Made by a program: the position numbers and the translations under genes
The notes under the pieces: generated by a model
What the model was told of the DNA's origin: nothing
The model's input: only the letters and a program-made list of their open reading frames with translations
Database searches by the model: none
Part shown: one piece after another, positions 13,385 through 28,300 of the stretch
Numbering within the stretch: the stretch's first letter is position 1
Layout of the letters: each line of letters starts with the position of its first letter
From: Phaeosaccion multiseriatum
Taxonomy: Eukaryota; Protista; Ochrophyta, other classes
DNA: 64,000 nt
Direction of reading: 5' to 3'
NCBI GenBank assembly: GCA_965112735.1
Contig: OZ218955.1
Coordinates: 310,001-374,000, forward strand

Positions 13385-16300
13385 GTGGTGGTGGTGGTGG
13401 TGGTGGTGGTGGGGGTGATGCTGATGATAGTGGAAAAGGAGGACAGTGGGAAGAGCTCGAGCCGCTGGACATAGCGGAGAGGAGCTTCTTTGCGGCTCTG
13501 CTCCTGCACGGAGGGGTCTTTCGAGCGGCCATGGAGGCCGCCTCTGCTGCTGTATCACCAACTGGTGTAGGGGGTAGCGCTGCTGCATGTTTGCTCCAAG
13601 GGGTGTGGGTGCAGGTACAGGACTTTCGCTCCCACCTGGCCCGAGAAGAGAGGCGTTTCGCGAACATGCTGCCCCCCCCCGGAGCGGAGGGCTTGGCGCT
13701 CCGCCCAACTGCAGCAGTTGGTGCTACAGTAGCATCCGCGGCAGCGGCAGCAGCGGCAGCAGCAAGCGCGTCTAAAGAACGCGGGGCCGAGGGAGAAAGG
13801 ATGGCACCAGAGTTCACCTACCGTGCGCCCGTGTGCTTCTCTGAACTGCTGGTGGAAATCATGGACCGACTTGTGTTTGTGCTGCAGCTCAACCCTGCCT
13901 TCGATGAAGGAGGGGCAGCAGCAGCAGCAGCAGCAGGAGGAGGAGGAGGAGGAGGAAGAGGAGAAGGAGAACGAGAAGCATCCGACAGATCAGACGCAGC
14001 AGCAGCAGCAGCAGCAGTTGATGGTGGTGGTGGAGCAGGAGCGGCGGGGAGGAAGCGAAGCACCCGCCGCGGTTTGGTGGCAGGTCTTCCGGCCGACGTG
14101 CTCCAGCTCTCCAAGACGTGTTTGGCGTACCTGTTGGGTGGGCAGATGGCCCCTCCCTCCGCCTTGGCACTGGCCAGCCGCCGTCGCACTCAGAACGCGC
14201 AGTTGCGCTCCACGGGCCTGAGTCAGTTGCACTTGTTGATGAGTAGGGCGGCGCGGTCTGCTTGTGTCAAGCAGGAGGGGTTGCTTTTCCTCAAGCCAGC
14301 CCTGAGGGGGGTCCTGCCGGGCTGCGCGGGTTCGTGCTCCGGGCCCGATGCGTTGGCGACGATGCTACGCCTGAGAGTGGAGCAGGAGGAGAAGGAGAAG
14401 GAGAAGGAGGGAGAGTGCGAGGACAAGATGAAGGAGGGGCAACAGGAGGAGAAGAAGGAACAAGTGGAAGTGGACAGCGGCGCCTCACTCTCACGTGAGG
14501 ACCAACAAGCAAACACCACCGCTGAAGTTGTCACAGTCTTGAGGTATGAAGACGTGCTACTGGCTGGAGGACGGATCCCAGAAGGAGGAGGGGAGGCAGC
14601 AGCAGCTCCATCGCCGTCTGCTGCCATCTTCGGCGGAGGAGGAGCCCAGCAGCTGGACTGTAAGGACTACAGCGGGTGGGAGCCTTTTTCTTCCCTGGGA
14701 GAAGGAGGCCCTGCTGCTGCTAAATCTCGCCACCACTACGACCAGGCTCTCGAAGGGAGCGATCACAAGTGGCGTAGGGAGGTACGAATCGCATCGCCCG
14801 CGGAAGGTTTTTCTGTGAAAGGCATGGTTCGGAGGCAGAGAAGAGGGGAAGGGAGGTTTTCTATCTAGTCTTCCGAGGCCTTGTTTTGAAGCACATCGCC
14901 ACAGTCCTTTCACCATGCCCCATGTGCCCTTCTCAGTTTCAGTTTCGCCTCTGTGTGCCCATGTGCATCTCTCGGTCTCTCTCCCTCTCTCTCTCTGCCC
15001 ATGTGCCCCTCTCAGGTGCGGCTGAACTTCTATCGCCTCAGTCAGTCGCTCGCCGCCATCCTCTCCTCAGCGGCGCAGGCCCTTGACCCATGCAAGGCCA
15101 ATGGGAATGTATCTCCTTCCCTCGTGCACCTGTCCTTGTGGGCGTTTGCGGTGGACTTCCTCCCTGAAAGAGACTCGGCCTTCCTCTCGGAGGTGGGCAT
15201 TATGGACACCCTCTCCCGACTGGTTTCTGTGCACGACATGTCCACTCGGGCTCGCCTGACGAGCGCAGAGGCTGACCATTGTAGTAGTAGCATCAGCAGC
15301 AACCGCAGCAGCAGCAGTACCAGGCTTGGTCCGGGCCTTCACCACCATCATGGGGGAAAGACTGGGGGCGGCAGCAGAGCGGCGAGCAAGGGAAGCCTTC
15401 TCGGCCATCGAAATGGCACCATGCCCTCTGATGCCGCCCTGCAACTGCCTACGAGTGATGAGTGGAACTACTCCTCACCCTCCTCCTCAGGGCCCCTGCT
15501 CTCGTCTCTCTCGATCGGACGAGAGGCGGTATGGCAACCCTGGCCTGTATCTGCCGTGGCACTTGCTTTGGAGGACGGCATCTTGCCTAAACGGAGGCTT
15601 ATTCAGCACATGCGGCAAGTGAGCCCAGTCAAGAGAGTACCACCCTTGCGCTGGTGGCTCAGGCACGGGATGGTGGGGCGTATGCACGAAGTTGTGGCTC
15701 GGCACAGCCTTACTTCTCTCCTGAAAGTCTACTGCGACTTCGTTCGGATGACAGTGGATGGGGAGAGGAGGAGGAGGAGGAGGAGGAGGAGGAGACCGAG
15801 GAGACAGAGGCGAAGCAGCACTGCATGTGCCACGGGAATCTCCTCGGATAGGATTGCAGATGACGGTGGCAGTGGGGGCAGTGGGCGTCGGTCGCAGGAG
15901 CAGCAGACGGAGCGGCGGCGACCCCAAGTGCTGGGGGTGCATTTGGCGGGAAGCAGCGGCAGCGGTATCTTCCTGCCAATTCCAACGCCAGAGACAATGA
16001 CCACCACCGTCACTGTACCCCGCGGGGACGAAGGCTCTGCGCCCCCTGGGTCAAGCTCTGTCGCCCCTGGGGCAGCAGGCTCTGTCCCCCCTGGGGCTGC
16101 AAGCTCTGCCCCCCCCGGGGCAGCAGGCTCTACCCCCTCCTCGACGACCCTGACGGCTTGGGTGCGGCCCCAGAGCAGCGCCACAGGGGTGGTGCATCTC
16201 CTCTCGGCCCTGCAGGCAGGGGTGGGCAGTGGCGGGGGCGGCGCTGGCATTGGAGGTGGCGCGTCCTCCTCCCTCTCCTCCTCTCTCCCCCCATCCCTCT

Positions 16301-19300
16301 CCTCCTCCTCCTCCGGCTCCTCCTCCTCTTCTTCCTCCCCGCAGTTCCTCTTTGCGCTGGTGCTCTGCGGTGGTGTGCTGGAGGCGAGCGTGGTGTGCAG
16401 CGGCTCAGGCTCCTCCTCCTCCTCCTCACCGCCATCGGAGGGGGGGATTATGTCACCTTCTCCCGTTGGTTCTTCACACAAGTTCCATCACGTCATCGCG
16501 TCTGGGGAGTGGGCTCACGTGGCCGTGGTCCTGACGCAGCATCATGGAATGGGTCAGGGGCAGGGGCAAGGGCGAGGTCAACAGCCACGCCAGATGAACT
16601 CGATGGAGGGAGGAAGCAGCAGCAGCAGCAGGAGCAGCAGCAGCAGCGATGCAACAGTGATTCTACAGCCCTCTGCTTCCACCTCTGCCTCTACCTCTGC
16701 CTCTGCCTCTGCCCACTCTTTGCTACTCACCGCCCAAGTATATGTCAATGGGAGCCACGCAGAGCAGCACACCTTTAATTTGCCCCGAGGGCTGGTTCGT
16801 CCTCCTCTCCCGCCACCCTGCTGGCAGATTGGCATGGCCGCCCCCCCGGGTCTGATGGTGGCAGCCCCCTCGGGTAGGGGTGCCATGGGGTGCCATCTGC
16901 AGGCGGACGGCTTCAAGGGCTTTGTGGCGCATGTGTGTGTGTGGGGCACCGCACTCACGGGATGGGAAGTGCGCAACGTGTGGCAAGGGGACGAAAGTCG
17001 AGCAGAGATGGTGACAGCGACGGACAGGCGGGTGGGCCTTCAGCAACGGCAAGGGCAGGAGCTGGAGAGGGTTGGAGGTGGTAGTGCTGGTGCTGAGACG
17101 GCAGCGACGGTGGGCAGGAAGGAGGGCGCCCGAGTTGGGTTCCGAATCGAGGAAAAGAAGGGAGAGGAGGATGTACGGCAGAGAAGAGTCCGCAGCAGCA
17201 GGAAGAGCAGGCTGCGGGCCAAGCTGCTTTCGTACTGGCCGCTGGTGCAGCCTTGGGGTCTACAGCAAGCAGGGCCTGTTGTATCACCATCTGCAGGTGG
17301 TGGTGCTATTGGTGATGCTGTAGCAGCAGCTGCTGCTGGTGCTCCTGGTGGTGATTTGCCAACCCCACTGGTCGAGCCAGCAGCAGGCGGCGAGAGGGGC
17401 GAGGGAGGGGCGAAAAGGGGTGAGTGCGTGCGTGTGCGCCTCCCCGCGGTGGGCTGCGAGCTCGAGTGGATGGGGATGGAAGCACCGCCCGGGACAGCGG
17501 CAAAGAGGTGGGAGCGTGGGAGTCGGAGTGGGGGGGCGGCAGCAGTGCCCGCCGCCTCGCTTTCTCTCGCTCGGATGGATGCGACGCGACAGCGAAGCGC
17601 CTCTGTTGGCGCCGCTGTGCCCGAGGGGAGTATCGATGTTCTTGATCATCGCGCTGTTGCCGGGGCGGTGGAAGGAGAAGAAGCAGCAGCAGCAGCAATC
17701 GGTGCCTCTGCTGCTGATGTCAGTGGCGCCTCCTCTCCTTCCCCACCCACACCAGCACCAGCACCAACACCAACACCAGCAGTTGGTGATGCAGCAGCAG
17801 CAGCACCAGTCTCAGCAGTAGGACTGTCTTCGTCGTCGCCCGCCTCTCCCCGAGGATGGCAGCATATGGATCTGGTGGCCCATGTGCAGCGCCACCTCTT
17901 CCTGGGGGCTGACCTGGAGGAGCTGACCACACGGCAATCGGCTTGGATGCTGCTCAAGCTGCTGAGTGCTCTCTCGGCTGGGGGTGCCACCTGTATGCTG
18001 AAGGCAGAGAGGCTCCGGGCGGCCACTAACGCCGCTCAGGTGGCTATGGCACGGGCGGAGGACGCGATTGCCGCTGCAGTACGACGCGCGGCGGAGGCTG
18101 TACCAGGTGGTGGGGGTGGTGGGGGTGGAGGAGGAGGAGGGGAGGGGGGAAGAGGAGGAGGAGGAGGAGGAGGAGGAGGAGGAGGAGGAGGAGGAGCAGG
18201 AGGAGGAGGGGCAGAAGCGGTGGACGCTGAGAATTTGATGCTGTCCCTGCAACTGGCGCCCGCCGACGCCGCGGCTTCGGTGCGGCTTATCCACTCGCTC
18301 TCCTCGGAGATCCTGCTCGCCTCCGAGGCTTTGGAGATGGCCCCAAAGACGTTAGAAAGACGACCGCAGGCACAATTCAGACCCCAACCCGAGTCTGAGG
18401 AGGGTGAGGGGCGGGTGGAGGTGGAGCGCATCACTGGTCCTGGAGACAAGAGAGAGGGCGAGGGAGAGACAGAGGAAGAGGGAGCACATGCAACAGTTGG
18501 TGATACGGAAGCAGCGGTACTGGCGGCGGCGGCGTCTGGCACTGCCCTCAATCGCGTGCGCCACGGAGAGCTGCAGAGCAGCACCATGGCCCTCCTGTCC
18601 AGGGACTTGCAAATGGCGGCGGGACTCTTTGTGCGTCGACTGGAGGCGGACTTCGCTCAGATGGCAGTGGACGGCTTCTATGGCGCTCCCCGACACGGAC
18701 ATGGGGCAAGAAGAGGGGCAAGAGGGAGGAGAGAGAGGAGCCATGGGGGACAAGGAGGATTAGGGGGACGGGTAGAGGAGGGCTCTGGGGTTTCTGTGGA
18801 TGAGAGGATCATCCGAGCGACGTCCGAGCCGGTGTCCTCGAGTGATTTCTCGGGTGCGCTACTGCCCCCCGGGGCTGGCCCCCAACAGGGGCAAGATGAC
18901 GGAGGAGGAGCAGGAGAGGGGTGGCCATCGTCGCTGTATCACCAACTGCTCGGCGTGGGGACTGGGACGGGTTTCTCCACCTCTACCCCAGGGGGCTATT
19001 ACACCCACTTGGAGCCTGTGGAGCTGGAGTCCATCCTACACAAGTACCTGGTCTTTGCTCTCTCGATGGCTGACACCAGGCACTCTCTGGGCAGTGCGCT
19101 GCTCTCTTCCCCTGGTGTGTTTGAGTCGGTGGTGTCCCTTCTTGGGGGGGGCGGGCAGTGCAGTCCTCGCGTGGAGAGGCTCGTGCTGCACGCTCTCAGA
19201 GTGGTCATTGCGTGTGGAAGGGGCACGGGCAAGGGAAGAAACTTGGGGAAGGTCGATACCAATGTCGATAGCGTCGATACTCTCGTCGATGTGGATAAAA

Positions 19301-22300
19301 TCGATGCCAATGTTGATGTCGAAGCCATGGACGCAGAGTTTGGCAAGGTGCGTGCCGCAAGGGGGAGGTGGCTTCTTCGACGACAACAGGGGTGGGCAGT
19401 GGATACGGAAGGACGAGCAGCAGCTGGAGGAGGAGGAGGAGCGAGGCGAAAGGAGGAGGAGGGGGAGGAGGAGGAGGAGAAGGAGGAGGAGAAGGAGGAG
19501 AAGGACGGCGAGGAGCCAAGAGAGAAAAAGGGGAGCGGTGGGGTCGTGGGGGGCTTCATTCTCTGGCTGCTGGAGTGCATTGGTCAGAACATCTCTCTGG
19601 AAGGGCGCGCGCATCAGGAGGAAGGGCAGCAACTGCTGCTCTTGCCGCCGGCGGAGAGAAGAGATGCATCACGCAAAGAAGGTAAAGGGATGGGTGATAC
19701 AGGAGCGATGGGAGAAGAAGGGGTGGAAGAGAGCAAAGGAGGAGAGCAAGAGCGAGAGCGTCAAGGAGAGGTCCATACCCACGCCCACGACCACCGCTGG
19801 GTGGTGACTGGGGAAGGGCTCACTGTTGGTGCTGCAGTTGGTGCTACAGCCCGGGACGGGAGGGATGGGAGGGACTATCAATCCACGCACCTGCCTAGTG
19901 GCGTCGGGCGCGGCTATGTGTCAGCGGCGTTTGCGGAGGAGTGCGTGAGTCTGGCAAGGACGCTGGGGCGGCGAGGGGACTGGAGCAGAGCACTGGCGGA
20001 GGGTATGGCCGGCGCTTTGGACCGACTGACGGAAGCGCTCTCTCTCTACGATGATGGCACACAGGGAGGGGGAGAGGAGGAGGGCAACGAGGAGGACGAG
20101 GAGGGGGAGGAGCAGGAGGCGGAAGGGAAGCAAAAGGGGGCTTCTGTATCACCAACTGCTGCCCCAAGCACAGACCCTCGCCTCCTCGACACGATCATCA
20201 CTCAGGCGTGCGCAGCGCTGAGTGTGTTAGGGGGTGCACCGCCCCTCCTTCGCATGGGTGCGTGCGTGGCGGTAGACCTACAGACTCTCTCTGCGGCGGA
20301 GGGTGACACCATCACTGCAGCATGTGCCGCTGCGGCGGCTAGTGGGACCAACAAGAGCAGCCAGAGCAGTAACAGGGTGCTGGGGAAGGTGGTTCAGTAT
20401 CGCCCCTGGGACAGAGTCGTCAAGGTGAGAGAGTGAGAGCGCGATCGGAAGGCAGTGGATGGATGTGAATGGTAACAAGAGGGAGGGAAAGAGGGAGGGA
20501 GGGAGCTTGCATACGCATGTGCGTTGTTCTGTTTTGTGGCGGATAAGGATACTCTACCCTCCCTCTTACTGACGCCTACTCTCTTTTTAACTTTTGCAGG
20601 TTTCCTTCGGTAGCCCCATGACGGAGTCGCACAGCATCGACGTTACTGCACTGACGAGCGTTGACGCGGTGCCGCTGCCCGCCCTGCTGCTGAGTCACCG
20701 CCGCCAAAGAGGAGAGGCAGTACAGAGCAGGAGTCATGAGGGGGAGAAGGAGAAGACGGAGAAGAGGGAAGCAGCAGCAGGTGGTGATGCATCAGTGGGG
20801 TGTGGCGAGCTGCTACTGACGCAGGCAGTTGTGTGCCTGTTCACAGCCCTGGCGAGGCTCGTGCATAGCGACAGTGAAAGCGGTCCTAGCGGTGATGTTG
20901 ATGGGAGGGGTGGGCGAGTCGGGATGGGGTCCAAGCTGGTGAGGGTGTGGGCCATGACTCTCCGAGTACTTCCGAGGGTGGCGGGAGGAGCCACTTTGAA
21001 CGCAGGCAGCGGCGGGGGGCTTCAGCGGCTGCTGAGTCGAGGAAGAGGAGGGAGGGGGGGGAGCGAGGGCGGAGAGGAGGATGATGACGGTGCAGCAAAA
21101 GAGTTTGGACAGTCTCTAGAATTGGGTGGTGAAGTCGTTGGTGATACGGCCCTGACGGCCCCCCTACCATGTCTGCTGTCGACGGAGCTCCTGCCGCTAC
21201 TGTACGCAGAGTCTCTGAGGGCCGTGGACCTGCCCTCGTTCGTGAGCGTTGATAGCCTCGAGAGGAGGGTGCGTTGCGTCGAGCAGAAGGTCACGGAGGC
21301 CAGGGAGATACTTCGTCAGGGTACTTCAGGCTCAGGTATATATGTATGTATGCATGTATGTTATGTATGTATGTATGTATGTATGTATGTATGTATGTAT
21401 CTATGTATGTGTATTTTTGTATGCATCTATGCGGAAAATGGAAAAAAAATGCATCCAGTCCTCTCCAATATCCTCTCTGTTCCCCTCTCTCCCTCCCTCT
21501 CCCCGTATCCCCCGCCCTCCCCCCGACAACTGAATGAATGAACAGCACGAAACAAACTAATACATCCGGCCTATTCGTCCTCGCTCTTTCTCCATCTTCT
21601 AGGGCCGGCGTTGGACATTCTCAATCTTCCACAACCCATAGGCGAAGGGGAGGGGAAAGGGGGCGGCCTTGATGAAGAGGAACAGAAGCGAGCGGCACAG
21701 CTCAAGATCGCTGTCGAGGAGAGGCAGAGGGCAGCAACAGAGCTATCTATGCTTGGGTTCGAGCTACCCATTTGCGTCAAGTCACTCGAGTTGAATGGCG
21801 ATCAGCCCGACCGGGCGGCGGAGTGGCTCCTGTCTGGGCAAGGGGAGGCCTTCGCTGACTTACTGGAGGAGACTTCGAACTCGGGCTTCGGCGGGGGCGA
21901 GGAGGAGGGAGAGGATAGGGGCAGGCGGGGTAGCGGCGGGGTCGGGGGGGAGAGGAGGAAGGGTACGCAGAGGGAGGAGGAGGAGGAGGAGGAGGAGGAG
22001 GAGGAGTTGTGGCTGTTGTGGGGAGGGAGGAGGCGGCTCGGTGGACTGTGGCGGAAGAGCTCGTGCTCATCACCAACGTTCCTCCGAAGCTCTGCTTCCG
22101 TGCATTGGAGATGTTCAGCGACAGCAGGGAGGCGAGTGTGAACTGGTTGCTCGACACGGGGAGGGAGTACGTAGAGCTTATGCTCAAGCAGGAGGGCAAC
22201 TTCATTGAGACTTTCACTGACTTCATCGAGGTGTGCGGTGACGGTGACGCCGGCGTAGGCTCCAGTGGGAGTGAGAGTGATGACTTGACCCCGGTGGGGT

Positions 22301-25300
22301 GCCAGAGTGGATACATCACGGTGAGTGAGTGAGGGAGGGAGGGAGGGAGGGTGGATATGGGGTGTGGTGACGTTGAGGAGGACAGACAGGAGGGCGACAC
22401 AGGCAGGAGGGAGAGGTTTGTCTCCGTGTCTCTCTACATGTTTTCTCTCTCTCACACTCCCCCCCCCCCTCCTAACGTCCTCACCTCACCCCCAGGACTC
22501 GCAGTGGTCTGCCTCCTCCGAGCAAGACTCTGCCCACTCTGCCCACTTCGCTCGCCTGCACAGCTCCATGGGTGGGGGGGGGTGGAGCGCAGCCCACAAT
22601 GACACCAAGCAGTACTTGCAGGTTCGTGTATGTGTGTGTGTGTGCGCGGAGTAGAGGTGGGGAGGGAGGGGGGGATGTGGAGGGGATGAGCCAGAGGCAG
22701 GGCACTTCCTTCGCCCCCTCTTTAAGCCGCGCCCTCTCCGGCTTGGCATATACACCCCCTTGGGGACTCATTTGACTGACGCATCGGTCGACCACACTCG
22801 TTGCTTCGGCCTGACTGCGTGGCTCGCGTCTGTCTTCTTTCTCTCTCCCACTCTCCCCGCCGCCCCCCCCCCCCCGCCTCTCTCTCTCTGCGTGTTTTCG
22901 CTACGTGTGTACAGGTCAATCTCGGAGGCGTGAGGAGCGTCTCAGGGGTGGCCACCCAGGGGGGCTCATCCCAGGGGGGCTCCGGGCTGGCAGGCAGAAG
23001 AAGCATGGTCACTGCCTTTCGACTGCAGGTGGGTGGGGTGGTGGGGCTGCAAAAGAACTTCGAAGTACTTCGTATGTGTTTTGTAATTACTTGTTACAGT
23101 CACGTGCTTTGTAGCGTAGGGCACTGAGATGGCGTCAGACATTTCCCCTCTCGCGATATCTTCCGCCCTTCTCTCCCAGTGACTTACCATGTGTTGTGTT
23201 GTTTTCGTGTATTACGGCCACTCTCCCCGTCTCTCGCCCATTCCGGGGGCACAGTTGAGCCTGGACGGTGAGGATTGGTACTACATCCAAGCAAACAGCG
23301 GTGCCTGCAGCATCCCCAAGCCTGGCCCCAACCAGGTGGTGTTACACCAGTTGGTGATACAGCAGCAGAGCCAACGCGAGGAGAGTCCAGCGGTTCCGGC
23401 TGAGACACCATCGTCTTCGGGGGGTGGTGGAGATGGTCGTAGCGGGAGCAGCAGCAGCAGCAGCGGTGGGGAAGGAATGCTTTTCGAGAGGAAGGCGGGG
23501 CCTGGGGGGGGCGAAGGAGGAGGAGGACCAGCGACTGACCCCGACGTGGTGGTGATACACGCTCTGTCCCGCCCCGTATACGCCAAGTTTGTGCGCTTCC
23601 TCCCTGTTTCCTGGCAGGTGAGTGAATGAGTGAGTGAGTGAGTGAGTGAGTGAGTGAGTGAGTGAGTGAGTGAGTGAGTGAGGGGCTGCGTGTCCCTTCT
23701 CCTCCCTGGGTACCCCCCCCTGGCATGAAGGAAGGCACTCGAGCACTGGAATATGAACACACTACAGACTTTACCCCATCCGCTGCCATCCTCAAGTCCT
23801 TCCCCCACCCCACCACCCCCCCCATGGTATTGCTTCGTAGGATTTGTTTATTTGTTTCTTTGTCAGTATTTGTCCTTCTCCCTTTATGCCCTACCCTATG
23901 CCCTACCTATCCATTGATTGCCATCCCCTCCCCACGCCGCCTCTCATTAGGAGCACATCTCCTTCCGTGTGGAGGTGCTCTGCCAGCCCCTGGGCAGGCC
24001 CGTCGTGTCAGTACCGGTGTCAGGACAGAGCGACAACAATCCGTTGGTGTCAGGACTACCCCACGCCAACTTGTCCGCCAGCAGCAGCAGCAGTAGCAGT
24101 CATATGGGTACTAGCGGCAGCTGCATAGGCACTGGTGGAGTGTGGAGGGCTATTGCGGGCATTAGTGCGGAGGAGGAGGGGAGCGTGAGTGCGGGGGTGT
24201 TGGACGAAGGGGAGGACAGAGACCGCACCTGGATGCAGGGGGGCGAAGGAGGCAAGGGATGGCACTGGATGCAGGTGGACCTCGGCTATGAGGCCACCAT
24301 CCGAGCCGTGAGCACGCAGGGGGTGTCAGGACAGACAGAGGGGGGATCCGGGTCGGCGTGGGTGTCGGCGTACAGACTGGCCGTTCGCAGCGGCGGCAAG
24401 GGTGACGGGGCCAGTCCTGACACAAATGACTGGCAGATCTTTCCTTCCCTGGACTGTCCTCCTCTGCTGGGCAACACGGACGGATCGTCAGTTGTGATCC
24501 ACACCCTGCAAGGGCATGGTTCTTCCCTCCAGGAAGAGCAGCAGCAGTTGGTGATACAGCAGCAGGGGCCGGAAGGAGAGGCGGAGAGAGCAGGAGGACT
24601 AGAGAGAGAGAGAACGAGCGAGAGAGGCCTACGGGGCCGATTCGTGCGATTCGTCCCTGTGCAGTGGCATGCTACAGGAGGAGTGGCCATGCGGTGCCAA
24701 GTGTATGTGGAGCCTTCCGAGATTGGCGACGACCTCGTGGCTTGGCTTGGTCTGCCCGACGGGGCCTTCACCACCACCACGACTAGTTTGAGTGTCGATT
24801 TGGGGGCAGTTTGCCTCGTTCAGGCAATCTCCCTCCGAGGAAATACCCTGAGTATCGACGAGAGTCCGCTGGCGATTGCAGCTGGCGACGATGTGGACAA
24901 GGAGGACGACAAACACGACGACAAGGAGGAGGAGGACGAGGAGGAGGTGAAAGAAGGAGAGAGGCCATTGGCGGAAGAGAAGGGAGAGGAGCCATCCCCA
25001 TACCCCTTTGGACAGAGTGTAGACGGACGTGATACAACAGTTGGTGATACAACAGTTGGTGATACAGCAGCTTGGGTGACGCGCTTTGCCGTGGAGCTGA
25101 GTTCGGATGGGAAGCTGTGGCGTTACGCCGCCCCTGTCACAGATGCCGAGGCTGCCGCCGTTTCAGCAATAGACGCACCACCATGCTTTGCGGGCAACTC
25201 CGACGGTGAGTGTCAGCGGACGTGCCCCTTCCTCGTGCCTGTGATGGCCCGCTTCGTCCGCCTGACCCCCCTGGATTGGAAGGGCCCGGTCCCTGCTTGT

Positions 25301-28300
25301 CGTATGAGTGTGTGGGGCCGCCCTGCTGGCCCTCCCCTGGGTTTGTCGAGTGGGGCCATTTCGGACGATCAGATCACGGCTTCGAGTAAGAGGGTATCCG
25401 GACCCCCCAAGTGTGCTAGGCTGGGGGGGTGGGGGGCGTGGCAGCCCTCCAGGCACGACGCTCCTGACGGAGAGGGTTCCGAGCTGGTGTGTGGAGGTGG
25501 CGGAAGGGGCAGAGGGGGCGGTGGCGAAATCACCTTCAAACTCAAGGCCACGAGTGTCTTGTCCGGGATATCCACGCAAGGGATTGACGCAGCGGCGGAG
25601 GAGGAGGAAGAAGAAGCCGCAGCCGATGAGGTGAGGCGTTGTGGCGTTGTGGCGCCAATCACCGCAGTCGGCGATGCTTTGTCGCGGAGCTCCTCCTCCA
25701 CCGCTGGGGAAGGGGCAAAGACCCATACAAAGGTCAAGGCAGATGGCAGTGGATGGGGGTGGACGGAGGCGTATCAAGTGGACTACAGCATGGACGGGGA
25801 GAGGTGGACTACGGCAGCCCCTCTTCGGCTAGAAGTAGATGAGGACGAGCAGCAGCAGGCAGCGAAGGGAGGAGGAGGAGGAAGAGGAGGAGGAGGAGGA
25901 GGAGGAGGAGGAGGAGGAGGGGGTGGGAAAGGAGACGGGGAGCAGCGAGTGTTCCCAGGCAATGTGGACGGCGTAGGAGTGGTGACGAATCTGTTGCAAG
26001 AGCCCGTGCGGTGTCGTTTTGTGCGTGTCCGGCCGCTGGCGTGGCGCCATAGGCTGTCGCTAAGGGCCGAGCTCCACGGGATGGGTTTGGAGGATGCATC
26101 GGGGATGGAGAGTGGTAAAGTGGCGGACAGCCAGTTAACCTGCTCGAGCTCGGAGGGAGGAGGAGGAGGAGGAGGAGGAGGAGGAGGGGATGGAGGGAGG
26201 AGTGCCGCTCACTTTGGTCGGCTGAACTCGACGGAAGGCAGCGGGGCTTGGGTTGCGGGGGTACCCAATCAGGACCAGTGGCTCCAGATCGACTTCAAGA
26301 GTCGCCAGATTGTGACGGGCATCAGCACGCAAGGGAGGGCGCCACAGGGGGGGGGAGAAGGAGGCGAAGGAAGTAAGGGGGGCGGGGGCGACGCCTTTGT
26401 CACGTCGTTTTCTCTCATGTTTAGCTCAGATGGCCTCAGCTGGAGCCCGCTGCTGACGGAAGGAGGGCTTTCCAACGGGGGCGGCGACGCTGGGGGAGGA
26501 GCGGTCAAGGTAAGGGAGGGATTAAGGGAGGGAGGGAGGGAGGGAGGGAGGGAGGGAGGGAGGGAGGGAGGGGTTTACGTGCTGTGTGCGTCTATGTGTG
26601 TCTATTCGCCTCCATTCTTTCCCCTTTTCTTTCCTTCCTTCACCCGCCACTCGTCTCCCCTGTCAAACTCAAACTCAAACTCACAGGTGTTCAAGGGAAA
26701 CGCGGACAACACGAGTATTGTGAGCCACGTGCTACCCCGCCCTCTCTTCTGCTCCTTCCTTCGCCTGTGCCCCATGACCTGGCACGGGGCCATCGCCCTC
26801 CGATGCGAGGTATACGTGTCTGTGAGCTGCCATCTGCCTTCGTCCTGGTCGTCTTCGGAGCAGATGCAGGATGACGAAGCCGCTTTCGAGGGGTGCCCGG
26901 CCGAGGGGCTGTGTGGGACTGTGTTGATGGAGAGCAGCGCCGAGGCGGTGGGAGAAGGGGGTGGAGTGGGAGAAGGAGTAGGAGTGGAAGCAGGAGGAGG
27001 AGGAGGAGTGGGACGACGACTGGGAATGGGACTGGGGGGCGGAGGAGGAGGAGGAGGAGGAGGGGGTGGGGGAGGAATGGCAGGGAACGACAGGGGGGGT
27101 GGCTTGGGTGGCGCCAGCGTTGGTAGGGTTGGCGGCGGAGGGGGTCATTCGCAGCTGCAGCAGTTGGTGATTCAACCGCCCTCGGACAGCGAAGACGACG
27201 TCGAGGCGCGCCTCCTGCCCATCGTTCGCGGCCTCGGCCCGGCCGCATGCAATGAAGTAAGGGCAGTGTCGTCGCCATCTGTTGTCTCATCAGCGGCCTC
27301 TGGAGAGCAAGGCGGACGAGCATCGGTAGCAGCTGCACCAGGAGGAGCAGCAGCAGCAGCAGCAGCAGCAGGAGGAGGAGGAGGAGGAGGAGGAGGAGCA
27401 GTTGGTGATGCAACAGCTGGCCAGCCGCCCAAGCCCAAGAAGCAGACGGAGGTGGAGGAGGAGGCGGTGGCCGCTGTACCGGGCATGATGGTGGTCATCA
27501 CCTCCCCTCCCTCTGCGCAGGCCCAAGCTGCCCAGGCCTCCCTTACCAAGGCCCTCTACGGCCGAGCGGGCCGCCTGCTGAGGGTGCTGTTGCCCTCAGA
27601 GGAGCAGGCACCAGGGGACTCAGTGGTGGAGGGGGGAGGAAGGGGGGGGGGGGTCATGTGCCCCGGTAGCTTTGCCTCTGGTGTATCACCAACTGCCGAT
27701 GCTTCTTCTCGCTCATCCTTTTCGCCTTCGTCTACGGACAACGCGAGCGGTGCGGCTACATCACCAACTGCTGCTGCTGCTGCTGCTGCTGTATCACCAA
27801 CTGCTGCTGTCACTGGTGGTGCTTCGTCCTCGCGGCCAGGCCAGGATCATAGTAATGACGGCGGAAGCGCTTTGGTGGAGCTGCTGGACCTCGAGACGGG
27901 CCTGCCCCGACACCTGGTACTGCCCCTGAGCTGTCTTCGAGCCCCCTCCCGTATGTTCGGACAGGCTCTGACGGGGGTGGAGCAGGCGGAGGGCTTTGTG
28001 AGGAACATGTCGAGCGCTTTGGCTGTGCATCACGCGAGGAGGGCCACGCTGGCGCTGCTGGACGCCGCTACGAGTGAGAGTGAGAGTTCGCCCTCAGCAG
28101 TTGGTGGTACAGCGGTCACAGGCTCAGGCTCAGACTCAGGCTCGGTTGGAGCTGCTGCTGGAGCCGCTGCCGCAGGGCTTCCCACCGCTGCTAGTGTTTT
28201 AGTTACACGTATACAGCAGCCGATTCGTCTCTCGCTGGAGCAGCTGGGGGGCGCCCAGAGGCTCGTGGCGCTGGTGAAGTTTGTAGCGGCGTCCACACAG

